From: Candidatus Minusculum obligatum
Lineage (GTDB): Bacteria > Patescibacteriota > Minisyncoccia > Phycocordibacterales > Phycocordibacteraceae
DNA length: 64,000 nucleotides
Reading direction: 5' to 3'
Assembly: GCA_045401155.1 (NCBI GenBank)
Contig: CP174360.1
Span: forward strand, 419,079 to 483,078
In this document: positions 1-9,554 of the stretch, one piece after another
Numbering within the stretch: position 1 is the first letter of the stretch
How the letters are laid out: each line of letters opens with the position of its first letter
The notes under the pieces: model-generated
Told to the model about the DNA's origin: nothing
What the model saw: the letters and a program-made list of their open reading frames with translations, nothing else
Database searches by the model: none
Made by a program: the position numbers and the translations under genes

Positions 1-92
1 TTCCCCAGGAAGGGAAGCTTGCATACATAAATGAAGGACGAGACACCATTCTTATACACCCCTACAAGCAGGGAGTTGCCTGTCTTAACATA

Positions 93-401
93 ATGTATTT
101 CCCCCCAGGAGTTATACAAGAGGAGCATACGCACCCATCATTCAGAGTAGGAATTGTCGTAGATGGAGAAGGTTTATGTGTTGTGCGGGGCAAAAAAATA
201 CCAATAATGAAGGACTCTATTATTTATATGGACAAAGAAACTCCTCATAACTTTTACTCAAAAACAAACTTGACTGTTATTACATACCATCCTGACAGTA
301 ATTTTGGACCAACGGACCATATCCATCCTATGATAAATAAAACTATTGTTCAAAATAAACCTGTACTTGAGTCAAAGCCTGAAATACATACAAAAAATTA
401 G
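93..401 (+). CDS. cupin-fold domain protein (possibly 5' partial)
   Basis: The cupin motif G(x)5HxH(x)n E...G is present (PGVIQEEHTHPSFRVGIVVDGEG), with a second motif around PHNF. The ORF lies near the window edge and may extend upstream. Confidence 0.45.
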   Translation: MYFPPGVIQEEHTHPSFRVGIVVDGEGLCVVRGKKIPIMKDSIIYMDKETPHNFYSKTNLTVITYHPDSNFGPTDHIHPMINKTIVQNKPVLESKPEIHTKN

Positions 402-853
402 GTGTCTAGTTTTTTTAGAAAAGTTTTAAAATTTTTCTCATAACGCAGCTCTTTTTCCTTTCTTGAAAGAGTTTCGTATGGCTGGTCTGGATTTACTTGA
501 GCCCTCATGTTTTCAAGACAATTTAAATTCGAACAAAGATACATTCCGTACTTCTTGTTCTTTTGTGCTGTTTGTACTGAAAATAGAGAAACATTCCTTC
601 CTCTGCCCGTTGTGCGGCACCAAGAACAAGACTTAGCAATATTGGTATCTACTAGAGTTCTATCAAAAATCAAACCAATTAATGAGCCTTTGGATTCAGT
701 TAGAAGGTACCCCATATGACCCGAGGGATGAATCCATGAAAAAAAGGGCTTTGTCTCAAAGCCCTCAAACAATATTTGAGGGACTCTTAGATTCTTTCTA
801 CTCTTCTTGGGGAAAAGCTCTGCGACTTCATTTTTTGACTTAAATTTGTGCAT
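398..853 (-). CDS. small zinc-finger protein (CxxC...Cx4C, treble-clef/zinc-ribbon-like); paralog of 1504..1971
   Basis: CSWC...CSNLNC motif with a conserved C-terminal helix (ETLSRKEKELRYE..FLKKL). It aligns collinearly with the 1504..1971 product (GYLLE, CxxC, SLFSV/SILTF, Cx4C, ET(L/M)S..EK..R(Y/F)E). Any resemblance to the FusB-type EF-G-binding C-terminal zinc finger is tentative only. Confidence 0.45.
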   Translation of the reverse strand: MHKFKSKNEVAELFPKKSRKNLRVPQILFEGFETKPFFSWIHPSGHMGYLLTESKGSLIGLIFDRTLVDTNIAKSCSWCRTTGRGRNVSLFSVQTAQKNKKYGMYLCSNLNCLENMRAQVNPDQPYETLSRKEKELRYEKNFKTFLKKLDT

Positions 854-880
854 ATGTACTAAAAAGAATAAACTTAGACT

Positions 881-1456
881 ATGTCTAAATCAAATACTTT
901 TATTTTCTTGAGGCACGCAGAAACAAAAAAAGATCCCTCTGTGCCAGCAATAGATTGGGAACTTACAAAAGATGGAAAAGTTAAAGTTTTGGAACTTCTT
1001 GATGATCCATCCTTCAAGATAATTGATGGTGTATATTCATCAACAGAACTAAAAGCAAAAAAAACAGCCCGACCATTTGTTGAGAAATACGAGGTTCCCT
1101 TTTTAGAAGTTGATGCACTTAAGGAAGTTAAACGAGGAGAAGCTTACCTAACCGACGAAGAGTTTCAAAAACTTAAGCGAGAAAAGCTTGAGCAACGTGA
1201 CTCGGCAAAAGATGGTGGAGAGACAGCAAATAGTGCTTTGATTCGCTTTTCAAAAGCCATGCAAGAAATTGACTCTAATCACTCTGGGGAAACAATCCTT
1301 GTTGTTTCTCACGGCACAATACTGGCGTTGTATTTTTCTAATCTCAAAAAAGATTTTGAAAACATATACTCTTACTGGAAAAATATGAAGTTTTGTGCTT
1401 TTGGAATAATAAAAGATGGAAAGGTCCAGAAGGATATTTCTAGTATTGACAGTTAA
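881..1456 (+). CDS. histidine phosphatase superfamily protein (phosphoglycerate mutase-like)
   Basis: N-terminal RHG-type motif FIFLRHAET and a downstream catalytic His region (VVSHGTILAL); about 190 aa, typical of the family. Confidence 0.75.
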   Translation: MSKSNTFIFLRHAETKKDPSVPAIDWELTKDGKVKVLELLDDPSFKIIDGVYSSTELKAKKTARPFVEKYEVPFLEVDALKEVKRGEAYLTDEEFQKLKREKLEQRDSAKDGGETANSALIRFSKAMQEIDSNHSGETILVVSHGTILALYFSNLKKDFENIYSYWKNMKFCAFGIIKDGKVQKDISSIDS

Positions 1457-1503
1457 TACAAAAATGTGTCAAAATAAGCATCTTCCTGAGGTGGGAGGCT
1501 TAA

Positions 1504-1971
1504 ATGGAATTGCCCTGGGAAAACTTGCGAAGCCAATTGCCTCGCAAAGAAAAGAAGTTCTTTGAAAGACCTCCGAACTGGAGATCTCCGGAAATGTTAT
1601 CAAGCGGTTACGTTATGTGGCGCACCAAAAACGCCAGACGCGGCTATCTGCTTGAAACTATAACTTCTGACGAAGCTTCGCTTTGGGCTTTTGAACTTGA
1701 GAGAGTTCGTAACACAAGTTCAGGCGCAATCATGTGTGATTTGTGCAAGTACGTCCACAGTGAAGCTGATGTTGGAACAAGCATCTTAACTTTCCGGCCA
1801 ACCAAAACGATTTCACGCAACTTTATTGTCTGCGCTGATCTGCAGTGCTCTAGTCGATACAAAGACATCGGTGTTAACTCGATGAGAGAAACCATGTCAC
1901 CTGCAGAAAAGCTGGAACGGTTTGAGGTCGAACTGGTAAACTTTCTCGAAAAAATTAGAGAAGCGCCGTAA
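1504..1971 (+). CDS. small zinc-finger protein (CxxC...Cx4C); paralog of 398..853
   Basis: CDLC...CADLQC motif. It shares the GYLLE block and the C-terminal ETMSPAEKLERFE..FLEKI helix with the 398..853 product. Confidence 0.45.
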   Translation: MELPWENLRSQLPRKEKKFFERPPNWRSPEMLSSGYVMWRTKNARRGYLLETITSDEASLWAFELERVRNTSSGAIMCDLCKYVHSEADVGTSILTFRPTKTISRNFIVCADLQCSSRYKDIGVNSMRETMSPAEKLERFEVELVNFLEKIREAP

Positions 1972-1990
1972 TGCCATACGGCGTTTTTTC

Positions 1991-3754
1991 TTACTCTTCC
2001 TTAAGAAATCCCCCAGCCTGGTGCTCCCACAAAGATGCGTACACGCCTCCTTTTCCTACCAACTCTTCATGTGACCCATCTTCAACGATATTTCCATCAT
2101 CAAATACAAGAATACGATCCATTTCTCGTAGCGTAGAAAGACGATGTGCAATCGCAAGCACCGTTTTCCCCTCCATTAGATTTGAAAGTGCCTTTTGCAC
2201 TGCCACTTCACTCTCACTATCAAGCGCACTTGTCGCTTCATCAAGAATAAGAATTGGCGCATCTTTTAGAAATGCTCTAGCAATCGCAATACGCTGTCGC
2301 TGACCAACAGAAAGCTTTACCCCTCGCTCTCCCACCATTGATCCATATTTCTCTTTTAGCGCGTCAATAAAGTCATGTGCTTGTGCTCTTTTTGCAACCT
2401 CAATCATTTGCTCCTCTGAAGCATTAATATCTCCGTAAAGAATATTTTCTTTAATTGAACGATGGAAAAGAATTGGCTCTTGCGGAACGATTGCGATATG
2501 TGAGCGAAGACTTTCAAGTGTTACATCTTTTACATTCTGACCATCTAGTGAAATGGATCCGCTTGTAAGGTCATACTGACGAAGCAGAAGCTTCATAAGT
2601 GTTGTCTTCCCTGCTCCTGAACGACCCACAATTCCAACCTTTTGATTTGCAGGAATCACAAGATTCACATCATCAAAAATCTTATCTTTTGCGTCCTTAT
2701 ATTCAAACGAAACATCAGAAAATACAATTTCTCCTTCAGATGCAGATAACTCCTTTGCATCTGGCGCATCAACAACATCATGTGGCACGATAATCTCCTT
2801 CAAACCATCACGCATCTCTCCGTATGACTCCATGATGTTATTTAGCCACTGTCCCACAAATGTAAATGACCACATCAAGTGTCCCAAAATACCAACAACC
2901 AGAATAAATGAACCAAGTGTAATTAACTCTTGCGACCAAAGATTAAATGACCAAAGTGCTGCAGCAATTCCAATACTTGCAGCAATAATATTATTTATAA
3001 GAAGTACAGTTTCTGTATAGTAGTCACTCTTTATCTCTGCATCTCTGTGCTCAAAGATATATTTATCCAACCTCTTAAGCTCGTGATCTCTTCGTGCAAA
3101 TTGCTGTATTGGAATAATGTTTGAAACAGCATCGATAAGCTCTCCACGAAGCTTGGCTCCTGTCTCTACCATTTTCTCTGAAAGATTGATCTGCTTCCTT
3201 GTTAGGAAAAAATTAATTGGAATCAATACAAACAAAGATCCAATCATGAAAAGTCCCAACTTTAGATTTACACTTACAATCAAAGCGAGGTTAATAACAA
3301 TAGTTGAGAAGTTTGAAACAATCATCCAAAGGAATTGCCCCAAAAGCCTCATGCTGCTTTGTGAAATAGTATTTACTCGACTTCCAAGTGACCCTGCGAA
3401 ACGATCACTAAAATACCCGAGGCTATGATCTGATAGATATCCAAAAAGAAACCGGCTAATGTCTGTTCGCGCGTGCACCGTAAGGTAATGCATTATGTAA
3501 TTAGAAACACGAATAAGTAGTGCGTAGAACAAACGCGCAATCGGGATCACCATCAGCCAGAAGAACACAGTGCTTAGAGGCACTTTATCTTCTACGTATA
3601 GATTTGCGCTATCGATAAGACGCTGCAGACCAATAGTTGCAATTCCTCCAAGAATCTCGATTAAGATTACAAATGCCGTTGCAGCAATAAAAAGCCACAA
3701 ATACTTGCGGACTGCAAAAAGCATGAATTTTATTGGATTACTGGAGACTTTCAT
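1991..3754 (-). CDS. ABC transporter, fused permease/ATP-binding subunit (MsbA-like exporter)
   Basis: Six-TM N-terminal domain; Walker A GRSGAGKTT, ABC signature LSVGQRQRIAIARA and Walker B ILILDEATSALD. Confidence 0.9.
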   Translation of the reverse strand: MKVSSNPIKFMLFAVRKYLWLFIAATAFVILIEILGGIATIGLQRLIDSANLYVEDKVPLSTVFFWLMVIPIARLFYALLIRVSNYIMHYLTVHARTDISRFLFGYLSDHSLGYFSDRFAGSLGSRVNTISQSSMRLLGQFLWMIVSNFSTIVINLALIVSVNLKLGLFMIGSLFVLIPINFFLTRKQINLSEKMVETGAKLRGELIDAVSNIIPIQQFARRDHELKRLDKYIFEHRDAEIKSDYYTETVLLINNIIAASIGIAAALWSFNLWSQELITLGSFILVVGILGHLMWSFTFVGQWLNNIMESYGEMRDGLKEIIVPHDVVDAPDAKELSASEGEIVFSDVSFEYKDAKDKIFDDVNLVIPANQKVGIVGRSGAGKTTLMKLLLRQYDLTSGSISLDGQNVKDVTLESLRSHIAIVPQEPILFHRSIKENILYGDINASEEQMIEVAKRAQAHDFIDALKEKYGSMVGERGVKLSVGQRQRIAIARAFLKDAPILILDEATSALDSESEVAVQKALSNLMEGKTVLAIAHRLSTLREMDRILVFDDGNIVEDGSHEELVGKGGVYASLWEHQAGGFLKEE

Positions 3755-3794
3755 TTCACAAAATAGTACCTCGTATCTCCTCAGTACTCAAATA

Positions 3795-5396
3795 TTACGT
3801 ATTTTTAACCGGCAACTCGATAATAAATCGAGACCCCTTCCCTTTTCCTTCTGACTCTACCCACACCCTTCCCTTATGCGCCTCCACCATTTGCTTTGCA
3901 ACATACAGTCCAAGACCTGTTCCTGAGGTATTAATCTTATTTGCTCCACGCGCACGAATAAACTTATTAAATAGATTATCAATATCCTCTTTTGCAATTC
4001 CGATACCAGTATCTGCAACAGTCACTCGTGCCTTTCCTTCAAACATTGTCGCTTTAACCGTCACGCTTCCTTGTGGTGTGTATTTAATAGAGTTATCGAC
4101 AAGGTTTGCGATCACCTGCTTTATCTTTCCAATATCAGCAGTAACTGTGATCTTCTCTGATCCGCTAAATAATAGATTTAGATTTTTATTCTCTGCGACT
4201 GGTAGATATTCATCTACAACCGTCTTTGCAAGATCTCGTAGATTAAAATCACTCATCTCATACTTCATTCGCCCCTGCTCAATACGTGAGATGTTTAGAT
4301 AGTCCTCAACTGACTTAATCATAAGCCGAGAAGACTCATAAATCTTCTGTAGTGGATCTTCAAGCACCTTTGGATATTCTCCAAACTCTTTTTCAAGGAT
4401 AAGAGAAATATATCCGCGAATAGCAGTAATAGGACTTCTAAGCTGGTGTGATGCGATAGATACAAACTCTGACTTCTGTCGATCAAGCTCTTTAAGCCGA
4501 GCATTTGCAACACGTAAATCTTCTGCAAGCTTTTCAATTCTCTCTCGCTGCTTTACCTCCTTATATACACTTTGGATCAAAAGGAATGCTGCAATACTCA
4601 CCAACACTAGTGTTGCGGTGGTAATAATGAGTGCAAGGAATGTCTGCGTAATAAAGAGCTGCGCAAGCAGGATAAGAATAATAAACCCTGCAAAAAGCTC
4701 AGTAACAATAATTTTCACGTCAAAGAGTTTAAAGCGTGCCATCGCCATAAACATCATACTTACCATCACAAGTGTAAATACTGGACCAAGCCACGTGAAC
4801 TGAAAAATACCTAGATATGGAAATAGAAGATTTGAAACAAGTGCGAGCGTTGGGGAAATAATTGCCCCAAGGAATACATAGCGCACCTGCCCCTTCTCAA
4901 GCTCCGTACGTGCAAGCGTGTATTGTCTAAACAAAAGAAAATATCCTAGGAAAAAAGATCCCGTCACAAGAGCCGAGTACCATGAGTACAGTGGACCAAG
5001 GCCATAAGAAATACCTGTTGAAGCACCAATTACTAAATCAGTAGTAAAGATTAGATATAAGAACACTCCTGCAAGTGCAATTACAGGCAACAAAAGACGT
5101 TTTCTCTTTGCAAGAATGTTTTGTGGGAAGAGTGTCGTAAAGATAAGGAAGAACAAAGAGCTTAATAGTGCAAAACTATGCGTATACTCAATCCATTGCA
5201 AAGAAAGATCTTCAAAGAGTGAAAAATAAAACCCTGCTACTGCCCCAGCCCAAAGTGCAGTAGAAAGAGAGAAAAGTGCAAAAAGAATATTCTTAAGCAC
5301 GCGTACACCGCGGGAAAATACGATAAAAGGAAAAATAATATTGATAGTCGCTGTTAGAAACAAGACTATTTGAATAACCGCGTTCGATACACTCAC
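3795..5396 (-). CDS. sensor histidine kinase, polytopic membrane N-terminus
   Basis: About 7-8 predicted TM helices, H-box SHQLRSPITAIRGY, and N/G1/G2 boxes (NLVDNSIKYT, DTGIGI, GTGLGL). No cognate response regulator is adjacent. Confidence 0.85.
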   Translation of the reverse strand: MSVSNAVIQIVLFLTATINIIFPFIVFSRGVRVLKNILFALFSLSTALWAGAVAGFYFSLFEDLSLQWIEYTHSFALLSSLFFLIFTTLFPQNILAKRKRLLLPVIALAGVFLYLIFTTDLVIGASTGISYGLGPLYSWYSALVTGSFFLGYFLLFRQYTLARTELEKGQVRYVFLGAIISPTLALVSNLLFPYLGIFQFTWLGPVFTLVMVSMMFMAMARFKLFDVKIIVTELFAGFIILILLAQLFITQTFLALIITTATLVLVSIAAFLLIQSVYKEVKQRERIEKLAEDLRVANARLKELDRQKSEFVSIASHQLRSPITAIRGYISLILEKEFGEYPKVLEDPLQKIYESSRLMIKSVEDYLNISRIEQGRMKYEMSDFNLRDLAKTVVDEYLPVAENKNLNLLFSGSEKITVTADIGKIKQVIANLVDNSIKYTPQGSVTVKATMFEGKARVTVADTGIGIAKEDIDNLFNKFIRARGANKINTSGTGLGLYVAKQMVEAHKGRVWVESEGKGKGSRFIIELPVKNT

Positions 5397-5420
5397 ACGC
5401 CTAGTATACCTGAGGTTCGC

Positions 5421-6173
5421 TTAGATAATCCGTGCAGCCTTCAGAAAATTTGTGTACAAATTATTTTTTAACTTGTATTCCGTGTCGCTTATACGATCAA
5501 AGAGGAATCGTCCGTGTACTGTTTTATCTAAAAACTTTTGCCCGTCAGTAATAGATACATATGCCGGAATCGCAGGGTCTTCTTCATTATAAAAATATGG
5601 AGCCATAGGACCATCTTCAATATATAGAAGTTTAGAATCTTCTATAAGCGTGTATGGGAAATTTAGTTTATCCAGCTTCTTAAGGAGTCTAGATTTGATA
5701 AATGAATATGAATATACAAGCCCATTCTCTTTTGCGTAATCAAGAAGACAGCTCATCATAAACAACAGCACTACATTTCTTGGAAAGTATGCAGTGTCAC
5801 TATATTTATCAATTACAAGCCGTCCAAGCTCGCACAAATGTTCCTTTGGAATATCAGCAAGTTCTTCTGGTACTTCAAAAGAATAATTATTAAATACAGG
5901 AAGTGTATGATGTTCGGCTTTAATAAGGCGAACAAATCCAATAAGACGATCTCCTACCATTGCACCAAAATATATTGTCCCTTCTTGCTCATCGTATAGG
6001 TCAGATTCTTTTTCCTCCGTATACTGCGTAGTATCAAGATAATTATATTTTGTATAAATCTTATATCGAAGCGCTTCTGCTTTTTCTACCTCCTCTTTAC
6101 TTACAAGCTCTCCAAATGAGATTACTTCATCAATATCCTTTGTTTGTACGTGGAGTGTCTTGTAAGCCTTCAT
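5421..6173 (-). CDS. GNAT-fold N-acyltransferase, N-acyl amino acid synthase-like (OlsB/FeeM/LuxI-like family)
   Basis: About 250 aa with a YFGAMVGDRLIGFVRL...ELGRLVID pattern reminiscent of FeeM/OlsB/autoinducer-synthase type acyl-ACP-dependent N-acyltransferases. Last gene of a tight 3-gene operon. Confidence 0.4.
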   Translation of the reverse strand: MKAYKTLHVQTKDIDEVISFGELVSKEEVEKAEALRYKIYTKYNYLDTTQYTEEKESDLYDEQEGTIYFGAMVGDRLIGFVRLIKAEHHTLPVFNNYSFEVPEELADIPKEHLCELGRLVIDKYSDTAYFPRNVVLLFMMSCLLDYAKENGLVYSYSFIKSRLLKKLDKLNFPYTLIEDSKLLYIEDGPMAPYFYNEEDPAIPAYVSITDGQKFLDKTVHGRFLFDRISDTEYKLKNNLYTNFLKAARII

Positions 6174-6174
6174 A

Positions 6175-6882
6175 CTACTTTGTTGCTTTATGCATCACAG
6201 CTTGATCTCCATAGTGCCGACCGTGAAATTCAACATTCTTGAATCCACCTGATTTTAGAAACGCTTCCTGACTATCTTCATCTAAGAATGCATATGCCCC
6301 ATCTTTATTTTCCATTTTAATACGTGCGTTAAACCAAAAGATTTGAAGCGTAGGGATTACAAACTTAAGGATCTTTGCACACGTACCAAAGAAGCCACTT
6401 TTATCCATTTCCTCCTTTAAGTGTGCGTTGTAAATCTTCATTGGACTGAATCCTGGAGAAATATTTGAAACAGCCACTACCCCACCTGGCTTTAGCACTC
6501 TATAAAACTCTTTAGCCACAGACTCTCGATCTTTTTCAGGAAGCGTATAGATAACATTATTTGAAACAACCTTATCAAACGTCTCATCTTCAAATGGAAG
6601 CTTATCTGTAAGACTTCCAATGTAAGCTTCTGCATCAGGAATCTTCTCAAGAAGTAGTCGTGTACCCGCATCTGAAATATCAAGCGTAACAAGATTAACT
6701 TTTGCGACAGCACAAATCTTTTTAGAAACATTTCCTGTTCCAGACCCAGCATCAAGCACTTTTTCTCCCTCTTTTGGGTCAAGTACTTTTACAAGTGCAC
6801 CCGTTAGATGTTGATATGGGTAGAGCTCATTTAGAACGTCGTACACCTCAAAATATTTATTCCAAAATTTATCTGAAAGCAT
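6175..6882 (-). CDS. class I SAM-dependent methyltransferase
   Basis: Motif I VLDAGSGTGNVS, post-I acidic residue, motif LKPGGVVAV. Lies 1-2 nt from both flanking genes. Confidence 0.8.
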   Translation of the reverse strand: MLSDKFWNKYFEVYDVLNELYPYQHLTGALVKVLDPKEGEKVLDAGSGTGNVSKKICAVAKVNLVTLDISDAGTRLLLEKIPDAEAYIGSLTDKLPFEDETFDKVVSNNVIYTLPEKDRESVAKEFYRVLKPGGVVAVSNISPGFSPMKIYNAHLKEEMDKSGFFGTCAKILKFVIPTLQIFWFNARIKMENKDGAYAFLDEDSQEAFLKSGGFKNVEFHGRHYGDQAVMHKATK

Positions 6883-6884
6883 GT

Positions 6885-7556
6885 TTATACACTATATACT
6901 ACGTCCATCACCTTCGCGGCAACTTCTTTATAATTCTCTTCATCTTTTGAAACGTATATTGGAGGGTGGAAATATACATCAACACGTGTCTTTTTAAAGA
7001 ACACTTTAAACGCATTCATTCCTCGAGTTCCATGAATGGTTGTGGGCACAATAGGTGTACCTGTTTTTGCAGCAAGATATGCTACACCACCGTGTGCTGG
7101 CACATTACGAAGCTCTTCTACAGTCAACTTATCTTTAACCCCCATTGTTCCTTGTGGGAAAATTCCTACAGAGTTTCCATCCTTCAAAATATTTAAATGG
7201 TGCCGAAGAGATTTTCCGTAGTCTTTATGTCCACGATACGCAGGCCATCCACCTCCCGCCTTAAAAAACCAGTCGGAGTATACGAGCTTTCTCCAACCTT
7301 TCCAATGATATTCGTCTTGCTTTCGCGTAACCCAAAATAGAGGTGTGTGCTTCGAGACAATAGGAAGCATTACTCGCTGCGCTACTGGATCAAGTTCATT
7401 TTGATGATTTGAAGCAAAGATCACGTTTTGATCTTTTAATGCTTCCATGTTTTCTTTTCCATGTATTACAAATGTTCCATTCAACTTAAAAAGTGAATGC
7501 AGGAGCGGAAGTGCCAGCCATTGAAGCATTTGCGCTGTAAATACGTAGAATTTCAT
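6885..7556 (-). CDS. lysophospholipid acyltransferase (PlsC/OlsA family)
   Basis: H(x)4D acyltransferase motif NHQNELD and a downstream FPQGT block. Confidence 0.75.
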   Translation of the reverse strand: MKFYVFTAQMLQWLALPLLHSLFKLNGTFVIHGKENMEALKDQNVIFASNHQNELDPVAQRVMLPIVSKHTPLFWVTRKQDEYHWKGWRKLVYSDWFFKAGGGWPAYRGHKDYGKSLRHHLNILKDGNSVGIFPQGTMGVKDKLTVEELRNVPAHGGVAYLAAKTGTPIVPTTIHGTRGMNAFKVFFKKTRVDVYFHPPIYVSKDEENYKEVAAKVMDVVYSV

Positions 7557-7591
7557 GGCTTTTTTATATAATTAAAATGCTTGTTTGTCAA

Positions 7592-8125
7592 TTATTTGGC
7601 CAAGGCAAATAATGCGGCTAACGGGGATATAAACCACCAGAAGAAGAACTCTTTAGGCCCAAACAGTGCATCAAGTGCTGGCGTAAATGCATAAAACTCT
7701 CGTATCGGTACCAGATGATATGCGGCAGAAAGAAGAAGTGCCGTGAGCAAAAATGAAATAATTAAAAGGAAGATAATTCCCGATCTTCCTAAGAAGTCTG
7801 TCACCACCACCCTGTTTAATACGATGTACGGAGGAATCGTAAAGCTTCCAAACATCAAAAGCATCAGTGAGAGTGTCACAAGCGGCTGCCCTTGCCCTGC
7901 CTGCAGTACAACATCTTTAAATGGAAAGAGCGTGTACAGACAAACACCAACATACATCGCCATAGTAAGAGATACTACTCCCCGCCTCCCACTTCTAAAC
8001 ATGAAGAAGGCCATGAGTCCCACAAGGATAATAATGATTAGGAAGTCACTAATAAACGTCCCTGCGGATGCGGTCGTATTTTGGAATATCTCGTTTGCTG
8101 CAGTGAAATCTAGACTAGAGCCCAT
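7592..8125 (-). CDS. hypothetical integral membrane protein
   Basis: About 5 hydrophobic helices; no recognisable catalytic motif. Confidence 0.4.
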   Translation of the reverse strand: MGSSLDFTAANEIFQNTTASAGTFISDFLIIIILVGLMAFFMFRSGRRGVVSLTMAMYVGVCLYTLFPFKDVVLQAGQGQPLVTLSLMLLMFGSFTIPPYIVLNRVVVTDFLGRSGIIFLLIISFLLTALLLSAAYHLVPIREFYAFTPALDALFGPKEFFFWWFISPLAALFALAK

Positions 8126-9170
8126 GCTCCTTTAATTCTCCCACGAGTTTCTTCTGTGTAGAAGACAGCTTCTGTGGAAGCGTTACGGTGATCTTAAGTA
8201 GAATATCTCCCCGATCAGATCCTTGTGGCACTCCATAGCCACGTACACGAAGGATTTCCTCTGCCTTTTTCATGGGAGATATCTTTACTTCAAGCTTCTT
8301 CCCCTCTAGTGTTGTGAGGTTGTGAGTGGTCCCCAGAAGCGCGTCAGTAAGTGTTAGAGGCACTTCTGCTACCAGATTAGCTCCTGAGCGTGTAAATATC
8401 TCATGAGGCGTTACGTGGACTTTGATATACAAATCTCCTGCTTGCCCATTCTTAATAGCTTCTCCATGCCCTGTCATGCGGATCATCTCCCCATTATTAA
8501 TTCCAGCGGGAATAGTGATGGAGATCTCCTCTTCCTGCTTTCTGATTCCTTCTCCCTGACAGTGCGTACATCGCTCTTTTGGAACCTTTCCAGATCCAGC
8601 ACATGCAGAACACTCAGCAACCGTAGAGAACTGTCCAAATACTGAGTTGCGTGTCTCATGCACCTTCCCCTGCCCATTACATGTAGAGCAAGTCTCCATA
8701 TCTGTTCCCTTCTTTGCTCCAGTTCCTTCACACTCATCACACTTAGAAACTTTTGCGATAAGAATCTTTTTTGTAGTTCCAAATACAGATTCTTTAAAAG
8801 AAATCTCTGTGTCCATTGAGATGTCTCGTCCACGACGAGTTCGCGCTCTTCGTCCTCCGAAGATATCTCCAAATCCTCCAAGAATGTCATCTAGATCAAT
8901 GTCAGCTCCCTGGAATCCTGAGAAATCAAATCCGCCTCCATTAAATCCTCCCTGACCTCCTGCAAAGGTACGCCCGTATGAATCGTACTCCTTTCGCTTC
9001 TGCTCATTACCAAGCACGCTATACGCCTCTGACACCTCCTTAAACTTAGCCTCATCTCCCGTCTTCTTGTCTGGATGATACTTTTGAGCTAGCTTACGGA
9101 ATGCTTTTTTAATGTCGTCTTGACTGGCGCTTTTTTCTACCTCAAGAATTTGGTAGTAGTCTTTGTTCAT
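8115..9170 (-). CDS. dnaJ: molecular chaperone DnaJ
   Basis: J-domain with HPD (YHPDK), G/F-rich linker, four CxxCxGxG zinc-finger repeats, C-terminal substrate-binding domain. Confidence 0.95.
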   Translation of the reverse strand: MNKDYYQILEVEKSASQDDIKKAFRKLAQKYHPDKKTGDEAKFKEVSEAYSVLGNEQKRKEYDSYGRTFAGGQGGFNGGGFDFSGFQGADIDLDDILGGFGDIFGGRRARTRRGRDISMDTEISFKESVFGTTKKILIAKVSKCDECEGTGAKKGTDMETCSTCNGQGKVHETRNSVFGQFSTVAECSACAGSGKVPKERCTHCQGEGIRKQEEEISITIPAGINNGEMIRMTGHGEAIKNGQAGDLYIKVHVTPHEIFTRSGANLVAEVPLTLTDALLGTTHNLTTLEGKKLEVKISPMKKAEEILRVRGYGVPQGSDRGDILLKITVTLPQKLSSTQKKLVGELKEHGL

Positions 9171-9299
9171 GTTGCGAACACTATACAGAATTTGAGTGCG
9201 CTTGTATAGAATCGACCATGTCGCCCTCCATGACTATTTGACCTATTATAAGGCCTCTGAGTAATTCGAAATTTTTTTTATGCTTGGTATATTTATTCT

Positions 9300-9554
9300 A
9301 TGTCTGTAGAAAAGAACTGGTTTTCCAAAAAAGATGGCGTCTTTGGAGACACTTACCTTCTTGAGTATGAGGAACTTCTATCTCGAAGAGTAGAAAGGGA
9401 AGTAAATTTTATCGAAGGAACACTAGATCTAGATCGTGGCGCTAAAATTCTTGATGTCCCATGTGGATATGGGAGGCACAGTGTAGAACTTTCTCGGCGC
9501 GGATATGCAGTCACAGGCGTTGAACTCAATGCAGCGTTCCTCTTAACTGAATAG
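9300..9554 (+). pseudogene. class I SAM methyltransferase, N-terminal fragment only (truncated)
   Basis: ILDVPCGYGRHSVELSRRGYAVTGVELN is a typical motif I/II region, but the ORF stops after 84 aa. It overlaps the 3' end of a convergent truncated decarboxylase fragment. Confidence 0.45.

Noticed and set aside
1051-1058. A8 homopolymer inside the histidine phosphatase CDS, as a possible slippage site
   Set aside because: The reading frame is intact and codes KAKKTA; a single moderate homopolymer in an AT-rich genome is expected by chance.
3733-4302. 189-aa plus-strand ORF overlapping the histidine kinase gene
   Set aside because: It is antisense to the conserved DHp/CA domains of the kinase; the product is low complexity.
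6492-6782. 96-aa minus-strand ORF in an alternative frame of the methyltransferase gene
   Set aside because: It lies in an alternative frame within a CDS that has clear SAM-methyltransferase motifs in the main frame.
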